DNA of 24,721 nt from a virus (Duplodnaviria > Caudoviricetes), in IMG/VR virus record IMGVR_UViG_3300048855_000111, positions 1 through 24,721 of that record; one strand, written 5' to 3'. Positions 15,585 to 23,357 of this stretch are shown here, piece after piece. Made by a program: the position numbers and the translations under genes. The notes under the pieces were generated by a model. The model did not search any database. It saw only the letters and a list, made by a program, of their open reading frames with translations, and was not told the DNA's origin. The number at the start of each line of letters is the position of its first letter. Position 1 is the stretch's first letter.

Positions 15585-16378
15585 GCCGTAGCTCCGAATG
15601 CATGGTGAAGGATCGAAAAGCCCGCCGGCGAAACCAGGTCACGGCGCTCGCGATCGGCAACATGATTGCCGCGCTCGTCGACACGATGATGCGGGAGGAT
15701 GTGGGCAACGACGTCGCCCACTACTTCCTTGATCGCCTGCAGGATCTGAACTCGATGACGCTGCACGGGCCGGCGCTCTACATCCTCGACGACATCGTTG
15801 ACGTGGTCCGGTGCACGGTGCCGGTGAATGACTGAGGCGTCCTTAAGCGCGGGAGCGGTTCGGAGTGCGCCGCTTGACAGTGCGCACCCCTCCGCCATCC
15901 TCACGCTTCCACATACCGACGAAGCAGGAAGCTCATGGACGACAAGCAAATCGAGCATATCGCCGGCGTCATCACGGCTCAGGACTTCGTCCTGCAAAGT
16001 CTGTACGCGATCCTCCTCTCGACCGACGAGGATCCGGTTGCGGCCGCCCGTAATACCGGAGCGGAGTCTATCCGACAGTTCACTCAGCTTCCGACCACGA
16101 ACGTCGATCCAGTCGATGAGGAGGCGCAAGCGCGAGTGCTCAAGCATGGCGAGCAGTACCTCCGACGCTATTGGAAGAACGTTGAGCGGCGCCTTCAGAA
16201 GGTCGCGGGTCAGTAGCGGGAGGGCCGGCGGCGGATACCGAACGCAGCCTGGTGGCAGTCGGCCCAAGTCGATTGGCTTCCGGGGAGGCGCACAGGTGGT
16301 CGCCGCAGCGTGGGGACGGGCTTGTCTCAGTGCTCTCGGCCCGCAGGCCCGCAAGTACGAGGGCAACGGCCACGTCAT
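15581..16378 (-). CDS. Possible 'bridge' ORF (265 aa) linking cro to the cII-like gene across two antisense genes
   Basis: ATGA overlaps at 16375-16378 and 15581-15584; no recognisable domain. Confidence 0.35.
   Translation of the reverse strand: MTWPLPSYLRACGPRALRQARPHAAATTCAPPRKPIDLGRLPPGCVRYPPPALPLLTRDLLKAPLNVLPIASEVLLAMLEHSRLRLLIDWIDVRGRKLSELSDRLRSGITGGRNRILVGREEDRVQTLQDEVLSRDDAGDMLDLLVVHELPASSVCGSVRMAEGCALSSGALRTAPALKDASVIHRHRAPDHVNDVVEDVERRPVQRHRVQILQAIKEVVGDVVAHILPHHRVDERGNHVADRERRDLVSPAGFSILHHAFGATA
15602..15835 (+). CDS. Small hypothetical protein (77 aa), antisense moron
   Basis: Protein-like composition and GC3-rich codons; start uncertain, no clear RBS. Confidence 0.55.
   Translation: MVKDRKARRRNQVTALAIGNMIAALVDTMMREDVGNDVAHYFLDRLQDLNSMTLHGPALYILDDIVDVVRCTVPVND
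15874..15901 (+). promoter_or_regulatory. Sigma70 promoter candidate
   Basis: TTGACA-N16-CATCCT upstream of the ATG at 15935. Confidence 0.55.
15935..16216 (+). CDS. Small hypothetical protein (93 aa), antisense moron
   Basis: AGGAAG RBS, own promoter candidate, amphipathic helical sequence. Confidence 0.7.
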   Translation: MDDKQIEHIAGVITAQDFVLQSLYAILLSTDEDPVAAARNTGAESIRQFTQLPTTNVDPVDEEAQARVLKHGEQYLRRYWKNVERRLQKVAGQ

Positions 16379-16587
16379 GTGGGCTGGCGATCGTTCGCTA
16401 GATCGAAGAAGTCGTTTGGGGTGACTGAACCCGAAGTCGCCTCGAAGATCGCCGCCATCAGCGCATCGTTGGGGCGCTGCAGGCCTTTGGCATGGCGTTC
16501 GACTGTGCGTGCATGCCGGGTACCGATTCGACGTGCGAACTCGGAATAGCTAAGCGAGTGATCGCGCAGGTAGTCGGCTAACCTCAT
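16375..16587 (-). CDS. Cro-like HTH regulator
   Basis: 70 aa; MRLADYLRDHSLSYSEFARRIG...P....MAAIFEATSGSVTPNDFF; divergent from cI. Confidence 0.88.
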   Translation of the reverse strand: MRLADYLRDHSLSYSEFARRIGTRHARTVERHAKGLQRPNDALMAAIFEATSGSVTPNDFFDLANDRQPT

Positions 16588-16592
16588 TCGTG

Positions 16593-16622
16593 AGAGTTAG
16601 CCGTTTCAGCTAAATTGGGCAA
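16593..16622 (-). promoter_or_regulatory. pR-like promoter with 17-bp operator TTAGCCGTTTCAGCTAA (16597-16613)
   Basis: Minus strand TTGCCC-N15-GCTAACTC; the imperfect palindrome overlaps the spacer and -10. Confidence 0.75.
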
Positions 16623-16627
16623 GAGTG

Positions 16628-17284
16628 ATGATCAGCGACGATGACTTGGCAGCCGCGTACGCTGAGGTAGGCCGAGATGCCGAGCCCGGTGTTTTTGCCC
16701 GAGCGATCAGACGGAAGCTGGGCCTTTCGCTGCAGGAGGTCGCCAGTCGAGTAGGCGGAGGGACGCACTTCACGACCATCTCGAAGCTAGAAAAGGGCAC
16801 GATGCATTTGACGTACGACTGGGCGAGAGCCCTTGCTGCGGTCTACGGAATCTCGGCCAGCGTTCTTCATATGCCTTATGAGGCAATGAATACGGTTAAG
16901 CGGATTCCCGTGTACGTCAGCATTCACGATGCTGTGCATCGCGAGGCGGCCGCGGCCGATCGGTATGCCGGCTTCCTGACTTCATCGGAGTCCCTGTTTG
17001 GCTTCACCGTCTTCGGCTTTGCAGATGTTGTTTCCGACTGGGCGATGTACACAGCAGTAGTAGACCCACACCGCCGCGATTTGTCGGATGGCTCGATTTA
17101 CCTGTTTCAAATCGGAGGCTCGGACGAAGGTTTAGTGGGTATTTACAGGACTGGCAGCCTCTATCCGGCTATCGTGCCGTGGCCTAGAACCGGTGACATG
17201 GTGATCATCACGGAGGAGGTTCACGCCCTCGTTCTGGGCGAAGTGATCGAGCTGCAGCGAACGCTCGCAAGCCGAAACCGCTAA
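16628..17284 (+). CDS. CI-like XRE repressor with a degenerate S24-like C-terminal domain
   Basis: HTH IRRKLGLSLQEVASRVGGGTHFTTISKLEKG; C-terminal KRIPVY...VVDP...DG...VLGEVI; alternative GTG start at 16625. Confidence 0.85.
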   Translation: MISDDDLAAAYAEVGRDAEPGVFARAIRRKLGLSLQEVASRVGGGTHFTTISKLEKGTMHLTYDWARALAAVYGISASVLHMPYEAMNTVKRIPVYVSIHDAVHREAAAADRYAGFLTSSESLFGFTVFGFADVVSDWAMYTAVVDPHRRDLSDGSIYLFQIGGSDEGLVGIYRTGSLYPAIVPWPRTGDMVIITEEVHALVLGEVIELQRTLASRNR

Positions 17285-17289
17285 TATCC

Positions 17290-17318
17290 TTGCGTGTATT
17301 AGCCGATTCGGCTAAATC
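17290..17318 (+). promoter_or_regulatory. pL-like promoter with perfect 17-bp operator TTAGCCGATTCGGCTAA (17299-17315)
   Basis: TTGCGT-N15-GCTAAATC; the operator matches the one at 16597 at 15/17 positions. Confidence 0.8.
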
Positions 17319-17428
17319 CACTCCCACCACCTGATCGCCTGCGGGCCGAAGACGGTGATGCAGGCTAGATAGCGCGCTCGCCCCGGCAGCCTCCGCCCAT
17401 CTCCTGCGACCCTCGTGGGAGACGGCAC

Positions 17429-18757
17429 ATGGCAACTCAGTTCAAGCACATCGACTTCCCGGCCGCGCAGACATCTTCGCGCGCGCCGACCGCCGCGTTG
17501 GTCGCGGTAAACCAGGCGTTCGGCAGCCTGCCGGAGCGGACCCTCGACGAGGTAGCCGCAGAGCCGCAGCAGCTGGATCTTGCCGCCTGGGATCGCGCGC
17601 TGGCGGAAGCGGAAGCGGCAATCGCAGCACGCGACGCCTACTATGCAGCGCACATCGCCCCTGCCCTCGAAGAGGGAGAGCGGACCTTCGGCCGGATCGA
17701 CGACGAGGAGCCTGCCGAGGCGCAGGAGATGAAGTTCAGCGAGTGGGAAACCCATCTCAGTGCGAAGGCCGCGGACTGGAAAGCCTATGAGCAGCTCTGC
17801 AAGGACGCGACCCGCGCTGCTGAGGAACTGGCGACGCTGAGCCCTCCGAACCCGAACGGCCTGGTCCTGGCAGTCCGCATCCTGTGCGACACGACAGCGA
17901 TTGACGCTGGGGACGCCGTGAGGGCCGCGATCAAGCGGCATGCAGATCAGGTGCTCGATCGCGCAACTGCGCCAGCTCCCTACATGGGAGGCCTGCTCGC
18001 GCACTGGCGCCGCCTCTACGACAACGTCGTCGAGGACCAGCGAGAAATGCGAGCCTACAGGGACGGCACGCTCGCCGCGGCTCACCAGCGCTTCGAGACC
18101 GCGACGGAAGACGACCGCGAGGCAGCAGACGCCGCGCTCCTCGCCGCCGAGAAGGAGTTCCACCTGTGCGTCGGCTCCTACGACGACAGCCGCATACGGC
18201 TCTATCTGACGCCCGCCCCTTCCCCAGCCGAGATGGCCGTGAAGCTGAAGCTGATCGAGGAAGAGCGGGACTGGGATCTCGCCCGCATCGGGGAGGTCAT
18301 GAAGCACCTTGCCAACGACGCGCGGCGGTTCGGCAGGCTCGGGGCTTTCATCCAGGGCGACGCCGAGCTCCTTTCTGCGTTCTCGGAGCTTCGGAGCGAC
18401 GAGGAGCACTGGTTCGCGTTCGGTCCTGATCTGGAGGGGCACCCGTGGAACACCGCGGCGGATGTGCGCCGCGCGGCGGCAGAAGACCTCATCTTCACCG
18501 CGCGCGCGACGACAATCGAGGGCGTGCTGGTAAAGCTGCGGCAGGTGTTCCCCACCTTTGCGGAAGAGGCGTGGTCTGATCATGCCATGGTCGATCCCCG
18601 CCACCCCGACTTCGTGGCGGGGCTTCGAGAAGCGGACGGCAGGATCCGCCAGCTGTGGAGCGCGATCGATGATCTCGCAAAGCTCGGAGGTGTCGACCTC
18701 GCCTCTATGGGGGCTAGCAAGAGTCCGAAGGTCTCGCCGCTGGTGCCGGCAGCATGA
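17429..18757 (+). CDS. Phage hypothetical protein (442 aa) with three internal helical repeats
   Basis: GGAGA RBS; repeats LATLSPPNPNGLVLAVRI, LYLTPAPSPAEMAVKLKL and IFTARATTIEGVLVKLRQ. Confidence 0.8.
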   Translation: MATQFKHIDFPAAQTSSRAPTAALVAVNQAFGSLPERTLDEVAAEPQQLDLAAWDRALAEAEAAIAARDAYYAAHIAPALEEGERTFGRIDDEEPAEAQEMKFSEWETHLSAKAADWKAYEQLCKDATRAAEELATLSPPNPNGLVLAVRILCDTTAIDAGDAVRAAIKRHADQVLDRATAPAPYMGGLLAHWRRLYDNVVEDQREMRAYRDGTLAAAHQRFETATEDDREAADAALLAAEKEFHLCVGSYDDSRIRLYLTPAPSPAEMAVKLKLIEEERDWDLARIGEVMKHLANDARRFGRLGAFIQGDAELLSAFSELRSDEEHWFAFGPDLEGHPWNTAADVRRAAAEDLIFTARATTIEGVLVKLRQVFPTFAEEAWSDHAMVDPRHPDFVAGLREADGRIRQLWSAIDDLAKLGGVDLASMGASKSPKVSPLVPAA

Positions 18758-19056
18758 GCGAGATCGACCACGCCTATCAGGCACGCTTCACCGAGGCACT
18801 CATGCAGGCAATCATGACGGTGTCGATCGTCGAGGAGCCTGGCCAGCCGCGCGCGGCCTTCGTGCGCAGCGGCGAGGTCATCGACGCCATGCTGTCGATG
18901 ATCGCTCTTCTCAGCTCGACCAGCGTCGAGACCAAGACACCGGCCAAGACGCGGGCGCTGTGCGACCAACTTGCCCGAAAGCTCCAGCGTCTGATCGCCG
19001 CTGCTCAACGGTCTCCGGCCCCCTTCGAGACCATCAACTCGGAGCTCCAATCATGA
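18754..19056 (+). CDS. Phage hypothetical protein (100 aa)
   Basis: ATGA-coupled on both sides. Confidence 0.7.
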   Translation: MSEIDHAYQARFTEALMQAIMTVSIVEEPGQPRAAFVRSGEVIDAMLSMIALLSSTSVETKTPAKTRALCDQLARKLQRLIAAAQRSPAPFETINSELQS

Positions 19057-19550
19057 CCGGCGTTTATCATCACAGCTGCTTCATCCCGATGCACCAGATC
19101 GCCAGCGCGTCGGCGGATGTGAACAAGCACGGCGTGGAGATGCTCAAGCTGCGGCTGCGAGATGGCACCACGAGCACGGGGCTGACGACGTGGGAGCGGT
19201 TTGGGGAGACGCCTGTCCATCTTATTCCTGCGGAGCCCGGGACCAGCTTCCTGCACGTATTCACAGGTGGAGACGAGGCAGGTGAGTGGTCTGTTGAAGC
19301 TGTGTCGTTGATCGGATGGGCTCTCTGCGTCGACGGAGAAGTCCGTCCTGTGACTGCGTCTGGCGTCAATGACAGCATCAGCGAGCCGGAAGACATCGGC
19401 AACTTTGTCGAGATGCCTAATGGCAAGGTGGTTTCGTGCTCGTCCTGGGCAAGCCATGGCTGGTTCGACAACACCGAGAAACTGCTGTCCTTTGCGCTGG
19501 ATGTCCGCGGCAAGCGCCCGGCAGCGGCACCCGAGGAGCCGGCGGCATGA
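19053..19550 (+). CDS. Phage hypothetical protein (165 aa)
   Basis: Start MTGVYHH overlaps the upstream stop; LIPAEPG...LIGWAL...VRPVT pattern. Confidence 0.7.
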   Translation: MTGVYHHSCFIPMHQIASASADVNKHGVEMLKLRLRDGTTSTGLTTWERFGETPVHLIPAEPGTSFLHVFTGGDEAGEWSVEAVSLIGWALCVDGEVRPVTASGVNDSISEPEDIGNFVEMPNGKVVSCSSWASHGWFDNTEKLLSFALDVRGKRPAAAPEEPAA

Positions 19551-19774
19551 TCCGGCTCGCGGTAGAGAACTCGTCAACCGACGTCGCGTGGCGAGCCTTC
19601 GACGAAGCAGCCCTCGCGCTTCACCGGCGCTACGCTGCGGACGCCCGCCGCCGGAGCGCGATCTCTCCACCTGAGCGCACCGCGCGCATGAGGGCTGCGC
19701 AGGATGTGGCACGGCTCTGGGACGAGTGGCGCGTCCTGTTCCTGGCGGTCGACAACTCGGGAGGCGCCGCGTGA
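19547..19774 (+). CDS. Phage hypothetical protein (75 aa)
   Basis: Start MIRLAVEN, ATGA-coupled, GAGGAG RBS. Confidence 0.65.
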   Translation: MIRLAVENSSTDVAWRAFDEAALALHRRYAADARRRSAISPPERTARMRAAQDVARLWDEWRVLFLAVDNSGGAA

Positions 19775-20142
19775 TCGAGAGCAGGCGCAATCAAACCGGC
19801 GTGCAGCTCGGAATGGACAAGCTGCTCCGCAGCGTTCGCCGTCACGTGCCCTGGCTGGAGCCGTGGTACGATTGGGGCATCAGCAACGTCTTCCGCCTCG
19901 ACACACAGGAGGAGGACTTCTCGGACGAAAGCGAAGGCCCTGCCCGGTTTTTCGAGCTGCAATGGCTCGGCATTAGCTTGGCGGTTCAGGTCGGCCGCAC
20001 GCCCCGCAAGATCACGGCTGAGGAAGTCGCAGCCAACAAGGCGCGGAACGCGGCCAACGAGACCGATCGCGTGGCAGAAGGGGGACGGCGCTGGGTCGGC
20101 GAGGTCGTCTCCATCCGGGATCCGCACGGGAGGGGCCAGTGA
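19771..20142 (+). CDS. Phage hypothetical protein (123 aa)
   Basis: GTGA-coupled start, GGAGG RBS. Confidence 0.6.
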   Translation: MIESRRNQTGVQLGMDKLLRSVRRHVPWLEPWYDWGISNVFRLDTQEEDFSDESEGPARFFELQWLGISLAVQVGRTPRKITAEEVAANKARNAANETDRVAEGGRRWVGEVVSIRDPHGRGQ

Positions 20143-20483
20143 CCCTGCCCTTCCACGAGCTGACCGACCAGCTCGAGCGCGCAGCCCGGAACGGGACCAG
20201 GGCGCACCTGGCACCCGATGTCGTGCGCGCGCTGGTCGAGTCCCCCGCCTATTCCATTCTCACCGACGAACGCAGGAAGGAGCTCGTCTCCACATGGCGC
20301 GACAGAAGGCCCAAAGCGCCGAGCGCGTCCAACTCGGCTCCTACTGGCTCGAATACCGAGCCGAGCGAGACGACTGGAGCATCTGCTGGTACGATCCCGC
20401 AGCTCGTACACGGCGCCGCCGCACGACAGGCATTGGAGGAGGCGGCAGCGCTCAGCCGCCCGAGGCAGCGCGGGAAGCGCTAG
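20139..20483 (+). CDS. Phage hypothetical protein in the excisionase position, overlapping int
   Basis: GTGA-coupled start, GGAGG RBS; last 190 nt overlap int in another frame. Confidence 0.55.
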   Translation: MTLPFHELTDQLERAARNGTRAHLAPDVVRALVESPAYSILTDERRKELVSTWRDRRPKAPSASNSAPTGSNTEPSETTGASAGTIPQLVHGAAARQALEEAAALSRPRQRGKR

Positions 20484-21643
20484 CGCGCCACTACCTTGAG
20501 GCGAGCAAGCCGGCCGCGCCCCAGCCGAAGGCGCAGGCAATGGTGCCGGAGCTGCTGACCGGTTGGATGCGGGATCATGTCGCCACGAAAGCCGACAGCG
20601 CGCGCTACGCCATATCTGTTCAGCACCTGCTCCGCTTCTTCGATCGCGAGCAGCGCCTCGGCCGCATCACTGGCGGCGTAACGGTGGCCGACATCAACAA
20701 GACATTCGTCGACCGCTTCATCACGTTCCGAAAGGGCGAAGCCGTTGGCGGCCACACGATCAGCCGGGATCTGGCCGCGCTCCGCGGCGCGCTGAACTGG
20801 GCGTGGCGTGAGGAGCTCATTGAGGCGGCCCCGTTCGTGAAGGACGTTGAGGCGAAGGATAAGGCGAAGCCGCGCGACCTCACCTACTCGATGGAGCAGG
20901 TCGCGGCACTGCTGGAAGCGGCGTGGAGCCGTCCGGAGCGACACCACGTGTTCCTCTATTCGCTGATCGCGCTCAGCACCTGCGGCCGCAGCGAAGCGAT
21001 CCTCGACCTGCACGACCACCAGATCGATCGCGGCCTGATTTTCTTCCTGGATGCGGATCGCGACCAGACGTCCAAGCGCCGGTCCATCGTGCCGATCGCG
21101 CCGACCTTAGCGCCGTGGCTGGAAGGTGTCAGCGGCAAGGTCATCAAGTACCGGGCAGAGCGGGCGCCGGCGAAGTGGGCCGATCCGGACGTGCCGGAGT
21201 TCTTCGAGCGTGACTGCTACGACCTGGGCAACGCTTTCGATGCCTGCCTGGTGGAAGCGGGGATCAGCCGGCCGGTGCTGGACGCGCGGGGCAAGCCGGC
21301 CAGCCTGCCGCCACGTCGGAAGCTGGGTGAGACGGAGCCGCGGCCCAAGCTGCGCGGGCGCGGAACGCCCAACACGCTGCGCCATACCATCATCACGGAG
21401 ATGCACGCGCGCGGCGTGCCGGAGGCGCAGATCGAGGCGGCAGCGGGGCACATCGGCGAGGGCACGAATAAAAGAAATTATCGGCACCTGCGGCCGGATT
21501 ATCTAGCCGAGCTGATCGATGCGATCGAGGACTACTGGTCAGAGATGAAGCGGTACACGACCGTGCACTTGCGGTCCCAGTGCGGTCCCAAAAGGGTCAG
21601 CGTGTCAGCCGGTCGGGGAGGTCAGCATGGCGCGGATGGCTGA
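20294..21643 (+). CDS. int: Tyrosine recombinase/phage integrase
   Basis: AAGGAG RBS; N-terminal arm-binding beta domain; TISRDLAALRGALNWA; catalytic R (STCGR), N-x-L-R-H, GH and Y (RNYRH); adjacent to tRNA. Confidence 0.93.
   Translation: MARQKAQSAERVQLGSYWLEYRAERDDWSICWYDPAARTRRRRTTGIGGGGSAQPPEAAREALARHYLEASKPAAPQPKAQAMVPELLTGWMRDHVATKADSARYAISVQHLLRFFDREQRLGRITGGVTVADINKTFVDRFITFRKGEAVGGHTISRDLAALRGALNWAWREELIEAAPFVKDVEAKDKAKPRDLTYSMEQVAALLEAAWSRPERHHVFLYSLIALSTCGRSEAILDLHDHQIDRGLIFFLDADRDQTSKRRSIVPIAPTLAPWLEGVSGKVIKYRAERAPAKWADPDVPEFFERDCYDLGNAFDACLVEAGISRPVLDARGKPASLPPRRKLGETEPRPKLRGRGTPNTLRHTIITEMHARGVPEAQIEAAAGHIGEGTNKRNYRHLRPDYLAELIDAIEDYWSEMKRYTTVHLRSQCGPKRVSVSAGRGGQHGADG
21570..21590 (+). 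repeat. Tandem direct repeat TGCGGTCCCA x2 (putative integrase arm-type sites)
   Basis: Exact 10-bp repeats separated by 1 nt, ~70 bp from the tRNA 3' end. Confidence 0.6.
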
Positions 21644-21660
21644 AATGCTGAAGTGTGGGG

Positions 21661-21736
21661 TGGTGGAGCTGAGGGGAATCGAACCCCTGACCTCTGCAGT
21701 GCGATTGCAGCGCTCTCCCATCTGAGCTACAGCCCC
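21661..21736 (-). tRNA. tRNA-Ala (anticodon CGC), probable att target
   Basis: GGGGCTGTAGCTCAGATGGGAGAGCG-CTGCA-ATCGCAC-TGCAG-AGGTCAGGGGTTCGATTCCCCTCAGCTCCACCA; 76 nt, G3:U70 pair, encoded CCA. Confidence 0.98.
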
Positions 21737-21765
21737 GCCCCGTTCCCGGCAAAGCCGGGGTCGCT

Positions 21766-21794
21766 CCCTTAGCTTGGGTTTTCGGGCGATGCAA
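21766..21794 (-). promoter_or_regulatory. Sigma70 promoter of the tRNA
   Basis: TTGCAT-N15-GCTAAGGG, alphaproteobacterial housekeeping type. Confidence 0.6.
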
Positions 21795-21856
21795 CTGCCC
21801 CCCGGCCGTGCGAGTGAGCGCTGCGCCGAACGGCCGCGTTGACGCGGCGGGCGCCT

Positions 21857-21882
21857 GGAACCTTCGAAAAGTCTAACCTGTT
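21857..21882 (+). promoter_or_regulatory. EcfG-type promoter candidate (host)
   Basis: GGAAC-N17-TGTT upstream of 21947. Confidence 0.55.
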
Positions 21883-21946
21883 ATAAATTCCGGAAGCTGC
21901 GCCTCGGAGACGCGGCACCGCAGGAAGACGTTTCAGGAGACGATCC

Positions 21947-23254
21947 ATGGCGTACGAACGCTATCCCCGCGGCGGCAATTCCGCGGGTGACTATGGCCAA
22001 GATTATGGCTCGGGCCGTGACTACACCTACTCCAGCGCGCGCGACTATGCCGCTGCCAGCGAGGGCGAGAACCGTGGCCGCGGACGCGGCGGCTATGGCC
22101 GCGAGGGTTATGGCAGCCGCGACTACGGCAACCGCCACTATGCCGCCCGCGGCTTCGGCAGCGAGAGCACCGAAAACTACGGCGGCGAGCGCGATCGCGA
22201 CCGCGGGTCGAGCCAGGGCTATCGCGGCAGCTATGGCAGCGACGGCCACCGCTTCACCGACGTCGAGCGCGACGAGCAGGGCAGCTGGGAGCGCGACAAC
22301 CGCTATTCGGGCGAGCGCAGCTCCGGCCGCTATCTCAGCGATCGCGACACCCAGGGCGACCACCGCCAGCGCGGTTATGGCGCTGCCTCGGGCTATGGCG
22401 AACGCGGCTATGGCGAACGCGGGTACGGCGCGCACAGCCACGCCGACCGCGGCGGCTATGAACGCGGTTTCAGCGAGCGCCAGCGCGACGATCGCGGCTA
22501 TGGCACGCAGCAGCGATACGGCGACCGCGACGACCGGCGCTTCGGCGGCGCGCCGCAGGGCTATGATCATGACGAGCGTGGCTTCCTGGAGCGCGCCGGT
22601 GACGAGGTTCGGTCGTGGTTCGGCGACGAGGAAGCGGAGCGCCGCCGCGAGCTGGACCAGCGTTATGACGAGCAGCATGAGCGCCGCGAGGATCGCTACG
22701 GCCACGACCCGCACTATGGCAGCTGGCGCAATGCGCAGCTCGCCGAGTTCGACCGCGACTATGACGAATATCGCCGCGAGAACGCGAGCAAGTTCCACAA
22801 CGAGTTCAGCAGCTGGCGCACGGAGCGCCAGGGCCAGCGCAGCTCGCTCAGCCGCGTGCAGGAGCACATGGAAGTGGTCGGCTCCGACGGGCAGCATGTC
22901 GGCACGGTCGACAAGGTGCGCGGCGACCGCATCCTGCTGACCAAGAACGACGTCGACGCCCATGGGCGCCATCACTCGATCCCGTCGCGGTGGATCGACC
23001 GGGTCGACGACAAGGTGACGATCCGCAAGACCGCCGACGAAGCGAAGAGCCACTGGCGCGACGAGGAGCGCAACGAGGCGTCGTACGGCGACGATCAGCG
23101 CAGCTCGGCTCCGAGCGGCGCCAGTGCCAGCGGTACGGGTTCATCCGGTGGCGGCACCCTTGGGGTGATCGGATCGACTGCTAATACCGGCGGGACCTCG
23201 ATGACGGGTACTCCTGCCAGCGCCCCCACTCAGGGCAACTCAGACATCCGCTGA
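21947..23254 (+). CDS. SWFGD motif/DUF2171 domain protein (host), low-complexity G/R/Y/D-rich
   Basis: AGGAGA RBS; GFLERAGDEVRSWFGDEEAERRR; EHMEVVGSDGQHVGTVDKV...HHSIP..WIDRVD. Confidence 0.88.
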   Translation: MAYERYPRGGNSAGDYGQDYGSGRDYTYSSARDYAAASEGENRGRGRGGYGREGYGSRDYGNRHYAARGFGSESTENYGGERDRDRGSSQGYRGSYGSDGHRFTDVERDEQGSWERDNRYSGERSSGRYLSDRDTQGDHRQRGYGAASGYGERGYGERGYGAHSHADRGGYERGFSERQRDDRGYGTQQRYGDRDDRRFGGAPQGYDHDERGFLERAGDEVRSWFGDEEAERRRELDQRYDEQHERREDRYGHDPHYGSWRNAQLAEFDRDYDEYRRENASKFHNEFSSWRTERQGQRSSLSRVQEHMEVVGSDGQHVGTVDKVRGDRILLTKNDVDAHGRHHSIPSRWIDRVDDKVTIRKTADEAKSHWRDEERNEASYGDDQRSSAPSGASASGTGSSGGGTLGVIGSTANTGGTSMTGTPASAPTQGNSDIR

Positions 23255-23305
23255 GCCCCTCGAGCAGCCGTCGGGCGTCCCCTGCCCGGCGGCATCCTAC
23301 GGAAT

Positions 23306-23335
23306 GGCCCGGACCATCGGTCCGGGCCCTTTTTT
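23306..23335 (+). terminator. Intrinsic terminator
   Basis: GGCCCGGACC-ATC-GGTCCGGGCC followed by CTTTTTT. Confidence 0.85.
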
Positions 23336-23357
23336 GTGCGGGCTCCTCAGGCCCCGA

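Larger units (their letters stand above)
1..21660. mobile_element. Lambda-like (cos/GpA-type) temperate prophage, partial; integrated at tRNA-Ala(CGC) and continuing beyond the left window edge
   Basis: Integrase ends 18 bp from a tRNA 3' end; the modules run int, early genes, cI/cro, cII, replication, late regulator, cos, terS, terL, gpW in lambdoid order. Confidence 0.95.

Noticed and set aside
17312-18784. 490-aa minus-strand ORF
   Set aside because: Antisense shadow of the 442-aa gene; no coupling to neighbours and no motifs.
18558-19052. N-terminal extension of the 330-aa ORF, and similar long upstream extensions at 11488, 12842, 15153 and 24458
   Set aside because: Downstream coupled starts or starts with an RBS fit better; the extensions overlap other genes.
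22375-22430. Tandem GGCTATGGCGAACGC-like repeats
   Set aside because: Coding low-complexity GYGER repeats; no spacers, so not CRISPR.
21881-23053. 390-aa hydrophobic minus-strand ORF resembling a membrane protein
   Set aside because: The Ala/Val/Ile richness is the complement of the R/G/D/Y codons of the real + gene.
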